A stretch of 63,765 nt of DNA, counting the filler. It is 9 parts of 9 records of this genome, joined end to end, with 100 filler letters (N's around TTAATTAATTAA, not from the genome) between each part and the next. Parts side by side here need not be neighbours in the genome. Positions count along the whole stretch, not along the records: positions 42,768 to 51,729 come from SRR31156797_72443; positions 51,830 to 58,285 come from SRR31156797_72508; 7 more parts are not named here. One strand, given 5' to 3'. The position numbers and the translations under genes were made by a program. The notes beneath the pieces were generated by a model. It did not search any database and had not been told where the DNA came from. It worked only from the letters and a program-made list of their open reading frames with translations. This document shows positions 46,470-56,660 of the stretch, one piece after another (within the stretch, counting starts at the first letter, position 1; each line of letters starts with the position of its first letter).

Positions 46470-47513
46470 TTACTTTCTCACCTCGGCGATTACAGCCTGG
46501 GCTTCCTTGATGTCGTCCCAGCTGAAGTATCCGGCGTCTACGAACTCATCCCAGAGGGGAGCGCAGGCCTCTTCCCACTGGGCGGCCAGTTCGGGATGCT
46601 CGGAGATATCGATGGCGGCCTCGACGGAAGGCATGGCGCTTACGTTCTTGACGGCCTGCTGAGCGGCCTCTTTCTCCATGCTGTCCCAGTAAGCCATGGC
46701 TTCCTTGGATACCTCGTTGAAGATCACCTGCAGATCGGCGGGGAGGGACTCGTACCAGGCCATGTTAACCATAAAGGGGTCGGCGCCGGCCATGTAGTTG
46801 AGCGCGGAGTAGTACTTGGCGACCTCGCCCATCTTGGCGGCTTCGATATTGGAGGGAGAGTTGTCCGCTCCGTCCAGGGCGCCCTGCTTCATAGCCATGT
46901 AAACCTCGGACCACGCCATCTCCTGGGGAGACGCGTCGAACAGTCTGTAGAAGCTGAGAATAGGGGCCTGACCGGGGGAACGGACCTTGATTCCCTTCAG
47001 GTCCGCGGGCTTCTGAACCAGTCTGGTGTTGTTGATCATAGAGCGGAAACCGGTGAATCCGACGGCGGGGATATAGATGCCCTTAACAGAGCCGTTCTCA
47101 CACATCTTGCCAGCCATTTCGCTGGCATTGAAGTGGATCATCTCTTCATAGGTCTGGAAAAGGAAGGGCAGGTTGTAGATCATGAACTGGGTGTTCAGGT
47201 TCTCATAGAATGCCCCGCGGAATCCCTGGATAGCGCCTGTGACGCACATCTCGAACATCTCCTTTTCGGTTCCCAGAACGCCGCTATGATAGATCTCTAC
47301 CTGGATTCTGCCGTCCGAACGTTTTTCCAGCTCTTCTTTGAGAAACTGCATGGACTTGGTCCTGCTGTGGTTCTCAGGCTGCTGGTTGCCGTACTTGAAG
47401 AGGTACGTGGTCTCCTCGCTTCCTCCGTCCTGCTTGCCTTCAGCAAAAACGCCAGTGGCGCATAGGGCACCGACCAGAAGCAGTAAAACCAGTTTCTTCA
47501 TTAAACTTTTCAT
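46470..47513 (-). CDS. dctP: TRAP transporter substrate-binding protein
   Basis: Signal peptide; GFRS, DLKGIKVR, EVYMAMKQGALDGADN. Confidence 0.93.
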   Translation of the reverse strand: MKSLMKKLVLLLLVGALCATGVFAEGKQDGGSEETTYLFKYGNQQPENHSRTKSMQFLKEELEKRSDGRIQVEIYHSGVLGTEKEMFEMCVTGAIQGFRGAFYENLNTQFMIYNLPFLFQTYEEMIHFNASEMAGKMCENGSVKGIYIPAVGFTGFRSMINNTRLVQKPADLKGIKVRSPGQAPILSFYRLFDASPQEMAWSEVYMAMKQGALDGADNSPSNIEAAKMGEVAKYYSALNYMAGADPFMVNMAWYESLPADLQVIFNEVSKEAMAYWDSMEKEAAQQAVKNVSAMPSVEAAIDISEHPELAAQWEEACAPLWDEFVDAGYFSWDDIKEAQAVIAEVRK

Positions 47514-47708
47514 GTAATCCTCCTTGAAAAATCTAAACAAACTTTAAACCCGCTTTTTCGGCCCCCGCTTCCCCTAAACTGATTATTTTTTCCTCTATTT
47601 TGATATTCCACAGATTTCATGCTATATTTTGTTGAAAACGGATGGAATAGAATTGTTATTTTTTTATCCATTTGGAATGGTTATTTAATTATCTAAAAGA
47701 GGCCATAA

Positions 47709-48596
47709 ATGAAACTGTACTGGGAAGATGAGATATCAGGCTCCGGGTATAAATACTATATTCTGAAAAGGCAGACCCCTACCCTCCGCCCCTTCCTCGG
47801 CGCCCACAGCCATGACTACGCCGAGATATTCTATGTGGAGCGCGGGGGATTCACCCATATAGTCAACGAAAGGGTCAAGGAGGTGCAGAAGGGGGACATT
47901 CTCTTCATCCCCCCCGAGTGCGCCAGGCATCAGATCACCGACTACGACAAGAGCATATCCCTTCTGCAGATCCTCTTCCCCCAGTCCTCCTACAACTTTA
48001 TCAACGGCCGCTACAGGCTTCCGGGCTGGCCGGAATTGTGGAATGCGGATAGCAGCGAGCCCTTCAAAATGTCCCTTACAGAGCAACAGTGGTTCGAAAA
48101 TAACTTTAACAGGCTGTTGATTTCCGACAACTCCCTCTTCGAAATTGAGCGTTTTCTCCTTAACCTCTTCTCCCTAATTGGCGACACACAAAAGAAATCC
48201 GCAACAAACGCCCAGGAGAACTGGCTGGACAAGGCCCGTAAGGAGATTCAGGAACCGGAGAATTTCAAGATCGGCGTCCAGGCGTTCATATCCCTCTGCG
48301 GCCGTTCGCACGAGCATGTGGAAAGGGAGCTGAAGAAGAGGACCAATCAGACCATCACGGACGTGGTCAACTCCGCCCGCATGGCCTGGGCCTCCTATAT
48401 GCTGATCTTCTCGGACGTGGACATCATGGATATAGCCGACGGCTGCGGTTTCAACAGCGTCAGCTACTTCTACAAGCTCTTTCACAACTACTTCAATATC
48501 TCCCCCAGCAGGTACAGGAAGACCCTGAAGGGACATGCCGATGTCAATTCCAGCGGCGACTTCCGGAACTATATGGATAACCTTCCCCTTCAGTGA
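47709..48596 (+). CDS. AraC-family regulator with cupin domain (ChbR/RhaS-like), divergent from the TRAP operon
   Basis: HSHDYAE; CGFNSVSYFYKLF...SPSRYR. Confidence 0.9.
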   Translation: MKLYWEDEISGSGYKYYILKRQTPTLRPFLGAHSHDYAEIFYVERGGFTHIVNERVKEVQKGDILFIPPECARHQITDYDKSISLLQILFPQSSYNFINGRYRLPGWPELWNADSSEPFKMSLTEQQWFENNFNRLLISDNSLFEIERFLLNLFSLIGDTQKKSATNAQENWLDKARKEIQEPENFKIGVQAFISLCGRSHEHVERELKKRTNQTITDVVNSARMAWASYMLIFSDVDIMDIADGCGFNSVSYFYKLFHNYFNISPSRYRKTLKGHADVNSSGDFRNYMDNLPLQ

Positions 48597-48747
48597 TCCG
48601 GACGGCCGGACAGGATTATTTTGTATACAAAACATAAGCGGACGCCTGTTTCGAAAGGACAGGATTCAGCCGTTTTCTCAATCATGGCAGAATAAACATA
48701 TAATTATCGTTTGCTGCCATTTCAATAATGGTTTACAATCTTGAACC

Positions 48748-49731
48748 ATGAAACAGGTCGTTGAGTTCATCCTATTTCCCCGATTCAGTGAAACCTCCAT
48801 CTCAGGAGCGCTGGAGATTTTCAACACGGCGAACCAGATCCTCAGGGAGGAGAGCCGCCGTTCCAGGGGCTATCGTTTCCGCTTCACAGGCCTCAGCAAG
48901 GGGATCATCAGCAGCGAGTCGGGACTGGCCATCAGGGCGGAGGCGGATATACGTGACAACCCGCCCTCGGACATCCTGCTCATCCCCGGAGGACCGGGGG
49001 TCAGGAACGTCCTGAAGAACAGGGAGCTGATGGACTATGTGCGCGGGAAGTCGAAGGAGACCTACAGGATCATGGCCATCAGCCGGGGGATCCTCATTCC
49101 CGCGGCGGCGGGCATACTGGACGGCAGGAGAGCGGCCGCCCACTGGCAGCTCCAGTCCCAGATCAGAAACGAATTCCCAGAGGTCATCATGGATACGGAG
49201 AGCCTCTATGCCCAGGATGACAACATCTGGACCAGCGCGGGGATCAGCTGCGCCATGGATATGACCCTGGCCATCCTGGAGGAGGACTTTAACTTCTCCC
49301 TGGCCCTTGAGGTCTCGCGTCAGCTGGTGCTCTACTATAAAAGGCGGGACAACCAGGCCCTCTATATATCCCCCTGGCGCTTCAGAACGGACATAAGAGA
49401 ACACTTCGAGGACTGGAACATCTGGCTGAAGGATCATATCCACGAGGCCCTGACGGTGGACCGGATGGCCGAGGCCGCCGCTATGAGCCCGAGGAACTTC
49501 GCCCGGGTATTCGTCAGGGACATGGGCATCAGCCCCTCCAAGTATCTGGAGGAGATGCGCCTGGACAAGGTGAGGAACCGGCTGATGGAGGGCGAAGAGT
49601 CTCTGCAGTCCATCGCCGAGGAGTGCGGCCTGGGAAGCGAGGAGCGCCTCAGACGGGCCTTCATCCGTCTCTACGGTCTCTCGCCCGCCCAGTTTCGGAT
49701 CTACTTCCTCCCCGAACAGGAAAGGGATTAA
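48748..49731 (+). CDS. GlxA/FtrA-family regulator (DJ-1/PfpI + AraC)
   Basis: LLIPGG, AHW, WTSAG and MSPRNFARVF. Confidence 0.9.
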   Translation: MKQVVEFILFPRFSETSISGALEIFNTANQILREESRRSRGYRFRFTGLSKGIISSESGLAIRAEADIRDNPPSDILLIPGGPGVRNVLKNRELMDYVRGKSKETYRIMAISRGILIPAAAGILDGRRAAAHWQLQSQIRNEFPEVIMDTESLYAQDDNIWTSAGISCAMDMTLAILEEDFNFSLALEVSRQLVLYYKRRDNQALYISPWRFRTDIREHFEDWNIWLKDHIHEALTVDRMAEAAAMSPRNFARVFVRDMGISPSKYLEEMRLDKVRNRLMEGEESLQSIAEECGLGSEERLRRAFIRLYGLSPAQFRIYFLPEQERD

Positions 49732-49749
49732 ACTGACCGCCCTGAGGGC

Positions 49750-50256
49750 TCAGTACTTGTCCCTATGGATCCGTGAGGCTTCGTAGCGGTCCTGTTCCCG
49801 GTTCCCCTTGCCCTCTTCCGGATAACCCAGGGGGATAATGCAGAAGGGGACGACCTTATCGGGAAGATCGAAAATCCTTCGGACATACGCGATGCGATCC
49901 TCTTCGGGGGCTATGCCCAGCCAGACGGCGCCCAGCCCCTCTTCCACGGCCTGAAGCAGTAGGTTCTGAGCGCAGGCGCTCATATCCATCTCCCAGTTCT
50001 GGGGAAACATCAGCCCCGTCATGTTCCCCAGAAGCACGACGGAGACGGGAGCAGCAGCTATGGATTTGGCATAGGGAGAGACCTCCGAAAGCTCTTTCAG
50101 GAGATCCTCATCTTGAACGGTTATGAACTCCCAGGGTCGCTGGTTGCCGGCCGAAGGGGCCTGCATGGCGGCGCGGAGCACTCTGTCCAGGATCTCGGGC
50201 TCAACAGCCTTATCCTGAAAATGTCTGACGCTGCGTCTTGTAAATATAGTATTCAA
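49750..50256 (-). CDS. Nitroreductase family protein
   Basis: RRSVR, APSAGNQRPW and GLGAVWLG. Confidence 0.92.
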   Translation of the reverse strand: MNTIFTRRSVRHFQDKAVEPEILDRVLRAAMQAPSAGNQRPWEFITVQDEDLLKELSEVSPYAKSIAAAPVSVVLLGNMTGLMFPQNWEMDMSACAQNLLLQAVEEGLGAVWLGIAPEEDRIAYVRRIFDLPDKVVPFCIIPLGYPEEGKGNREQDRYEASRIHRDKY

Positions 50257-50326
50257 TGGTATCTCCCATTTAATTTGACGTTTATCAAAATATACTAATA
50301 ACCGGGAGAAAGGGGAAATAAATATA

Positions 50327-50548
50327 TCAGCCGTGTTCGGCTATCACCAGATAGGCTCTCTGCTTCTCATGGGGATAGAGCTCCTCGGGCATCATCTCCT
50401 TGCCTATGGCAGTGGCAACCATATAGCGGGCGCAGTTCAGATTGTTGTTCCGGCAGTACTGCAGCTTCAGCTCTTCCACCTTGTCGGGCGCGCTGTTCAG
50501 CTTATCGTTGAAAAAAGGGCAGCCCCCGATAAATTCGCATTCTCCCAT
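50327..50548 (-). CDS. Small four-cysteine protein of unknown function
   Basis: C-x5-CPFF...YC-x6-CARY...LYP; GAGG Shine-Dalgarno. Confidence 0.75.
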   Translation of the reverse strand: MGECEFIGGCPFFNDKLNSAPDKVEELKLQYCRNNNLNCARYMVATAIGKEMMPEELYPHEKQRAYLVIAEHG

Positions 50549-50693
50549 GAATAGACCTCATCCTTTCCAGACATTTTGTAATCATCGTCTATTGTCAATA
50601 AGACCCCGCCCTTTGGTCAAGGACTTTTTTCGGCAGAACGGAGGAAAATGATCTAGAATTCATAATGGATCAGGATGATGCAAGGAGGCACAG

Positions 50694-51065
50694 ATGAAAA
50701 GCAGAAACATGGACATTCTCATTCGCCTGGAAGAGCTGGGATTTCTAGTTCTGACGATTTTTCTGTTCAGTCAGCTGCCCTATCCCTGGTGGCTCTTCCC
50801 TCTCCTCCTGGTCATCCCGGATATCAGCATCCTGGGATATATGGTAAACGAGGTCGTGGGCGCCTATGTCTATAACTTCACCCATCACAAGGCCATAGCC
50901 GTACTCTTCTACCTGGCGGGGATTCTGCTGGCCAGCTCCCTTCTGGCCCTTATCGGCCTGATACTCTTCGCCCACTCCAGCCTGGACAGGCTGCTGGGCA
51001 TGGGCCTCAGGCACAGGAAAGGATTCAGGGAGACCCATCTCGGTCCCCTGGGAGGCAAGAAGTAA
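50694..51065 (+). CDS. DUF4260 family membrane protein
   Basis: RLEE, PDISILGY, YNFTH, HSSLDRLLG and FRETHLG. Confidence 0.85.
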   Translation: MKSRNMDILIRLEELGFLVLTIFLFSQLPYPWWLFPLLLVIPDISILGYMVNEVVGAYVYNFTHHKAIAVLFYLAGILLASSLLALIGLILFAHSSLDRLLGMGLRHRKGFRETHLGPLGGKK

Positions 51066-51729
51066 TTATACAAGGTCCGGAGCGCCCGTCAGCACGGCGC
51101 GGTATTTCCTTTCCAGAAAGAGGAGTTCTCCCCCGGCGGCCTCGGCCGTCTTGTCCTCCACCCGGACGCTGACGCGGGAAGCGGAGGTCCCCGCCCGGCG
51201 GGCGATCTCCCTCGTGCGCTCCACCAGGGCCTGCAGGCAGAGCTCTTCCGCCTCTTCAAGGCTCTCCTTCTCGGGCAGGCCCTCCAGACCCTGAACCGCG
51301 TACATCCCCGCCGAATTGGGAACGACCCGGGCCTCGGATGCCACCGAAACCTCGCTTGTGACGGCTCCGACGGCATTGGCCACATCCCCGTTCTCAGGGA
51401 GCAGCAGTCTGCCCCCCAGCCGGTCGACCGCATCCTTCAGGATCAGGGAGGCGGGCGCCCCCAGTCCGATAACGGGAATCTGCAGTTTCGGCGTCAGGGT
51501 CATGCGGCGGTTTCCCCGTCCCAGTACGGCGGCGGAGAAGCTCCGGTCCCGGCTATCGGGAAAGAGGCTCTGAAGGACGGTGTCACCCAGTATCTCGGAG
51601 ACCTGCTTTTCAAGACGGTCCATCACGGCGTCGCGGGGCTCTGACTGCAGGTCCAGGACAAGATCGAAATAGGCGCTCAGATCCGGTGCGGCCCAGAGCT
51701 CCATCCTTCCCTGCATATGATAGAGATCC
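51066..51729 (-). CDS. Hydantoinase/oxoprolinase-family protein, C-terminal fragment
   Basis: PVIGLGAPA...PENGDVANAVGA. Confidence 0.75.
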
Positions 51730-51829
51730 NNNNNNNNNNNNNNNNNNNNNNNNNNNNNNNNNNNNNNNNNNNNTTAATTAATTAANNNNNNNNNNNNNNN
51801 NNNNNNNNNNNNNNNNNNNNNNNNNNNNN
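51730..51829. other. Artificial contig spacer
   Basis: N44-TTAATTAATTAA-N44. Confidence 0.99.
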
Positions 51830-51877
51830 GTCAGATTAAAACGTTCTGACTTAAAAAAACAGTTGAGGATGATTGCG

Positions 51878-52756
51878 ATGAAATATAAATTAATTGTAAC
51901 AGATGTAGATGGAACGCTACTTAATAACCAACATTCTATCTCTAGAGATACTCTTAGATCGATAAATCTAGCTCGTGAAAATGGTATGTTATTCACACTT
52001 GCTACAGGTAGAAATCACATCAATACCATTAGAACTGCACGAAGAGTTGGTGTCAAAACTCCTATTGTTTGCAATGATGGTGCTCTTGTTATTGATCTGG
52101 GAACAAATAAAGTTATCTATGAAGAGAGAATTCCTGAAAATTGCGCAAAGGGTATTCTTGAAGTACTGAATAAATTTGATTTTCAGTACTCTATGCATTT
52201 TATGCATGCATCTATTATTAATAAAAAACTAAAATTTCCTATTAAAAAACTTATCCAAAGATATGGTTTTAATCTGGGAATGTTAAAAGCGAGTATTCAA
52301 TTAACAAAAGAAAAAAAGTATTTCACACATATGAGTAGTGATGATATTTCTAATTTTATGAATGAAAATGACGATTATCCATTCAAAATTAGTGTATTTG
52401 ATAATGAAGCTAACCCGGATAGATTTGAAGAAGCAATAAGAGAGATAAATGAGCAGTTTGATGAAGATATTGAGATTTCTATGGTTACAAGTTTCGGATT
52501 TGAACTTGTGCCAAAGGATATATCAAAAGCAGAAGGATTAAAAAAACTGTGTAAATATCTTGAAGTTTATCCTGATCAGGTTGTTGCATTCGGTGATAAT
52601 TATAATGATGCAGCTATGATTAAGTTTGCCGGTATGGGAGTCGCTATGGGTAATGCGAAAGAAAAGATAAAATTTATCGCTGATGTTATAACTGATTCTA
52701 ATGATCATAACGGTATAGGAAAAGTCATCGATAAATTAGTGTTAACTAAAATTTAA
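51878..52756 (+). CDS. Cof-type HAD-IIB hydrolase
   Basis: DVDGTL, LATGR, SKAEG, FGDNYND and AMGNA. Confidence 0.92.
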   Translation: MKYKLIVTDVDGTLLNNQHSISRDTLRSINLARENGMLFTLATGRNHINTIRTARRVGVKTPIVCNDGALVIDLGTNKVIYEERIPENCAKGILEVLNKFDFQYSMHFMHASIINKKLKFPIKKLIQRYGFNLGMLKASIQLTKEKKYFTHMSSDDISNFMNENDDYPFKISVFDNEANPDRFEEAIREINEQFDEDIEISMVTSFGFELVPKDISKAEGLKKLCKYLEVYPDQVVAFGDNYNDAAMIKFAGMGVAMGNAKEKIKFIADVITDSNDHNGIGKVIDKLVLTKI

Positions 52757-52760
52757 AACA

Positions 52761-52803
52761 TAAAATAAGAGCACTTCTCACTGAGAGAAGTGCTCTTATT
52801 TTA
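52761..52803. terminator. Bidirectional intrinsic terminator
   Basis: Perfect 19-bp inverted repeat TAAAATAAGAGCACTTCTC / GAGAAGTGCTCTTATTTTA between convergent genes. Confidence 0.85.
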
Positions 52804-52820
52804 GTTAACTAAAAATTTTA

Positions 52821-54083
52821 TTATTTTCTCTTTTCATTAAGTTTTAAATAAACCCTATCAATAAACTCCTGATTTTCCTCAAACATCTCATTTTGAAGAT
52901 AAAATCTGCTAAAACTAGCCATTAATTTTGTTGAGTATTTTTTCGTCAACATATCAATAAACCTAGATTCTATATGCTTAATTGCTTTATTTCCCATTTC
53001 ATCATATAGTCCTATTTTCAACTCAATTATCTCTTCAGAAACTTCTGAAGCACTTGATTTTTCAAGAGCCTCTTTTAAGTAACCTAAAGCATCATTTTTC
53101 TCATCCAAAAATACAGAAATTTTAGCTATCTCATATAGCTCATACTCAGAAAGACAGACATTTTCCTCATCACTTAATATTTTTTTGATTTTAGTATACG
53201 TTTTTTTTATTTCTCTTCTTGGAATTCTCTGTTCTTTTTTTAATTCCAAAATTTTCAGTGTAGCTTTAATGAAATCAAGCCCTGCAGCTTTTTCTGTTAT
53301 CTTTTCATAATAAAACTCAGCTTCACTTAACCTATTTAGACTTTGATAATTTTCAGCCATTAGACTGAATACTTCATTTTTTCTTTGATAATCTCTAGCA
53401 GCAATTTTTACGTTATCCAGCAATTTGAGTGACTCTTTGTACTCTTTTAACTCTTTAAATCCCTTAGCAAAATTAAATAACATTAGATTTTTAGAATCAG
53501 TTTTAATTTTATCCAAAAATGGTCGTAAACGGAAATATAGAATATCAAGTTCATTATATCTTTCGATGTTAAGATAACACTCTGATAATTTCTCTCCTAT
53601 TAAACTGATCTCTTTAATTTGCTTATTCGTTAGAAAATACTCTAAAGCTTTTTCAAAATAGAAAGCTGATGAAATAAATTCATTATTTTCATATAACCTC
53701 TCACCTATTTCAAAATAAATTAATGCCTTATTTTGACTGGTGTTTTGAATTATTTCACTCTCTAACTCTTTTAGTTCAGCAAGAAACTTATCACTGTACA
53801 CTTTTTCCTTAATCAATTTAATGATTTGTTCAGCTTTTCCAGACATTTCCTCTTCTGTCTCAACAAAAAAATCCTCTAGTTTGATTTCAATATTTTTTCC
53901 CTTTAATAAATTATTGAAATTTTTTGTTATTTCCTCAGCCTTGTTTCGTGTGATTTTACGTCTGTTCTGCTCAACCATCCCAATGTAACTTCTAGAAATG
54001 TGCTCTCCTGCGAGTTCATATTGCTTAATTCCGTATTTCTTTCTAAGCTGCATGAGTTTATCTCCACTGGTGTTATAACTCAT
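52821..54083 (-). CDS. XRE-HTH + TPR-repeat transcriptional regulator
   Basis: LRKKYGIKQYELAG..ISRSYIGMVE HTH, followed by helical TPR-like repeats. Confidence 0.8.
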   Translation of the reverse strand: MSYNTSGDKLMQLRKKYGIKQYELAGEHISRSYIGMVEQNRRKITRNKAEEITKNFNNLLKGKNIEIKLEDFFVETEEEMSGKAEQIIKLIKEKVYSDKFLAELKELESEIIQNTSQNKALIYFEIGERLYENNEFISSAFYFEKALEYFLTNKQIKEISLIGEKLSECYLNIERYNELDILYFRLRPFLDKIKTDSKNLMLFNFAKGFKELKEYKESLKLLDNVKIAARDYQRKNEVFSLMAENYQSLNRLSEAEFYYEKITEKAAGLDFIKATLKILELKKEQRIPRREIKKTYTKIKKILSDEENVCLSEYELYEIAKISVFLDEKNDALGYLKEALEKSSASEVSEEIIELKIGLYDEMGNKAIKHIESRFIDMLTKKYSTKLMASFSRFYLQNEMFEENQEFIDRVYLKLNEKRK

Positions 54084-54304
54084 ATGTTCCCCTCCATTAT
54101 TCTGCTTAACTTCTCTTCAATGTTCTCCCTTTACTTTTGTGTTAACATAATCACATTGTTTTTCTTTTTTCCCTATTAATATATAATACTAAATTTTTCC
54201 ATAGCTTTCAAGACAATTATTAAATTAAATCAAGATTTTATTTATTTATCTCTTTTTCATAGCGTCAATTTAAATTTACATACAACTTAGTCACAGAAAG
54301 TCAT

Positions 54305-54337
54305 AAAAAATGCACACCTATAAGCGAAGGTGTGCAT
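54305..54337 (-). terminator. Intrinsic terminator of the tmcAL-hydrolase-MFS operon
   Basis: ATGCACACCT / AGGTGTGCAT stem with a T tract on the minus strand. Confidence 0.75.
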
Positions 54338-54377
54338 ATAAAATGACTTTTTTTATTAAATTAATTACTTAAAATGT

Positions 54378-55685
54378 TCAACTGTTTCTTTTCTCATTAT
54401 ACAATGAATAAAAATATGCCGAAGTCACAAAGAAAATCATAGAAAAAATACATGTCAAGTATACTCCGCTCTTTGTTACTTTGTCAATTTTAAATTTAAA
54501 AGATACCAAAATTAATGGTAAAATGGCAATTGAAACTAAAAATGACATTTTAAGAAAGAAACCTTGTATTCCAAAATAAATCCCTTCAAGTTTCGTATTA
54601 TACTTCTCTGAATTCATAACAACTATCTCACTTAGCATTGCTGGCGGGAATATAAACGCTGCTCCTGCTACAGGAATTCCCATTAAAGCAAATATAACAA
54701 ATCCAAACCATGCAGGGAATATTTTACCTACTCCAAACATCATTAATGAAAATACAGCTAACATTATTAAATTTATTATCATAATTTTTCTATATCCAAA
54801 TTTTTCTGATAATTTATTCACAGGGTAAAAACAAGCTCCTGATGTCAGGAATAAAAGTGCTGATGCAATTGTAATCTGATCTTTACCCATTCCCATTAAA
54901 TCCTCTACATAATAGTTTATAGAAGCTCTCAAAGTATTAAATCCTATAAAGAAAAATAATAATCCAAGAAGATAGTAAATAAAATCTTTATCACTAAATG
55001 CTAACTTTAAAGAATCCTTAAAATTACCGGGCTCTTTATGAGGATGAGAATAATCTTTCTCTTTTAATCCGAAAGCCATCGTATATGTACTAATTAATGC
55101 AAATACCGTTAATGTAATTACCATTAACCTAACACCCAGTTCAGTATCTCCTTTTCCTAATACACTAATAAGTTTAGCAGGTATAATCATTCCAACGGCT
55201 GAATATATCAATCTAAATACTGATTGCCATGTTGATAAATTAAGTCTATCTTCTTTCGTATGTCCTATCTCAGGTATAAGAGCATTATAAGGCCCCCCGA
55301 CGAAAGTGTAAAAAGTAAAGAAGAGTGAACCAATAACTGCTAAATATATAAATGTCATTGTTTCTGATGTTTTAATAGGATAGAAAAATGCTATTGTTGC
55401 AAGTCCCAATGGAAGTCCTCCAAATAGTATAAAAGGAATTCTTTTCCCCCATTTCGAATCAAAACTATCTGACCAATACCCTACTAAAGGATCCATAATC
55501 ATATCTACAAATCTGGATATAACTAATGCCAACGATATAAGAACCGCCGCCATAATAGGTTTTAATCCTGAGTTTTCAGGTGGCAGATAATAATATAACA
55601 CCCATTGTGCAAATATTTGATCGATTACTGCGTAACCTACACCAAGTCCGTATAGAACCTGTATTCTTTTGGTTAATTTCTTCAT
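54378..55685 (-). CDS. MFS transporter, GPH/MelB-like
   Basis: DMIMDPLVGYWSD..SKWGKRIPF, PYNALIPE and EGIYFG. Confidence 0.9.
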   Translation of the reverse strand: MKKLTKRIQVLYGLGVGYAVIDQIFAQWVLYYYLPPENSGLKPIMAAVLISLALVISRFVDMIMDPLVGYWSDSFDSKWGKRIPFILFGGLPLGLATIAFFYPIKTSETMTFIYLAVIGSLFFTFYTFVGGPYNALIPEIGHTKEDRLNLSTWQSVFRLIYSAVGMIIPAKLISVLGKGDTELGVRLMVITLTVFALISTYTMAFGLKEKDYSHPHKEPGNFKDSLKLAFSDKDFIYYLLGLLFFFIGFNTLRASINYYVEDLMGMGKDQITIASALLFLTSGACFYPVNKLSEKFGYRKIMIINLIMLAVFSLMMFGVGKIFPAWFGFVIFALMGIPVAGAAFIFPPAMLSEIVVMNSEKYNTKLEGIYFGIQGFFLKMSFLVSIAILPLILVSFKFKIDKVTKSGVYLTCIFSMIFFVTSAYFYSLYNEKRNS

Positions 55686-55727
55686 TCTTCCTCCTAATGT
55701 TAATCTTTTCAATTATAGTCCAAAAAA

Positions 55728-56660
55728 TTAGTTTCTCATAAATATATCTACGGTCTCAGCGTACTCAGCTTTATTATCTCTATAAACAATAACGTGCTTC
55801 CCCTTTTCAAACAAATGAAGAAAGATATTGTTTTTTCCTTTTAACTCCATTAGTTCTTTCTTAAGTATCTCATATGGTGTTGTTGTGTCTTCAACTGATT
55901 GTAGTATAAGTGTTTTTATATCTGTTTTTTGAAGCAAATAAGCTAATTTTAATTTATAAAGCTTTCCTCTCACTACAAAGTTAAATGCAATAGGTGCAAT
56001 TATTTTGAAATGATGAGTATAAAATTTATTTCCTGCTGCTTTTAATATCATTTCCCGTGAATTACTAAGAGGACTGTCTAAGATCATTTTTTCCACTACT
56101 ACATCCATATTTTGCAGTTTATGATTATATCTATAAACAGCCAGAACCGATCCAAGGGCTCCCATTGAAAATCCATATAAAACAAATGTTTTTTTATTAA
56201 AATTATTTCTCATATATTTAATCGCTGAAAAAATATCCTCTGAATATACAAAGCCTAATTTGGTTAAACCTTTGTCAGAAGCACCGGAATTTCTCATATT
56301 AACAAGCAATAATGAATAATCCTTCGTATATCCCTTCTCCTTCAAAAGCTCAAGATACTCAAGTAAAATCAGTCTATTCGTTCCACGTCCGTGAATTAGA
56401 ACCATAGCTTTATTAGAATTTTTATTCTCAGACGGTATATGCCAAGCAGTTAATTTTTTATTTCCTGAATAAAAAAAACACTCCTGATAATCCATTCCAT
56501 AAGTAGCAGGAGTTGAAACGTCATTTATTCCATACTTTTCCATTCTACGTGAACAAGCATATACATCCTCATCTCTGATATGCTTCGTGTACATTATTTT
56601 ATACAGTGCATATAGCCCAGTTCCTACTATTATTAATATAATTAATGCTATAAATATCAT
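55728..56660 (-). CDS. Membrane-anchored alpha/beta hydrolase
   Basis: N-terminal TM, IHG, nucleophile elbow GFSMG, plus Asp and His positions. Confidence 0.88.
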   Translation of the reverse strand: MIFIALIILIIVGTGLYALYKIMYTKHIRDEDVYACSRRMEKYGINDVSTPATYGMDYQECFFYSGNKKLTAWHIPSENKNSNKAMVLIHGRGTNRLILLEYLELLKEKGYTKDYSLLLVNMRNSGASDKGLTKLGFVYSEDIFSAIKYMRNNFNKKTFVLYGFSMGALGSVLAVYRYNHKLQNMDVVVEKMILDSPLSNSREMILKAAGNKFYTHHFKIIAPIAFNFVVRGKLYKLKLAYLLQKTDIKTLILQSVEDTTTPYEILKKELMELKGKNNIFLHLFEKGKHVIVYRDNKAEYAETVDIFMRN

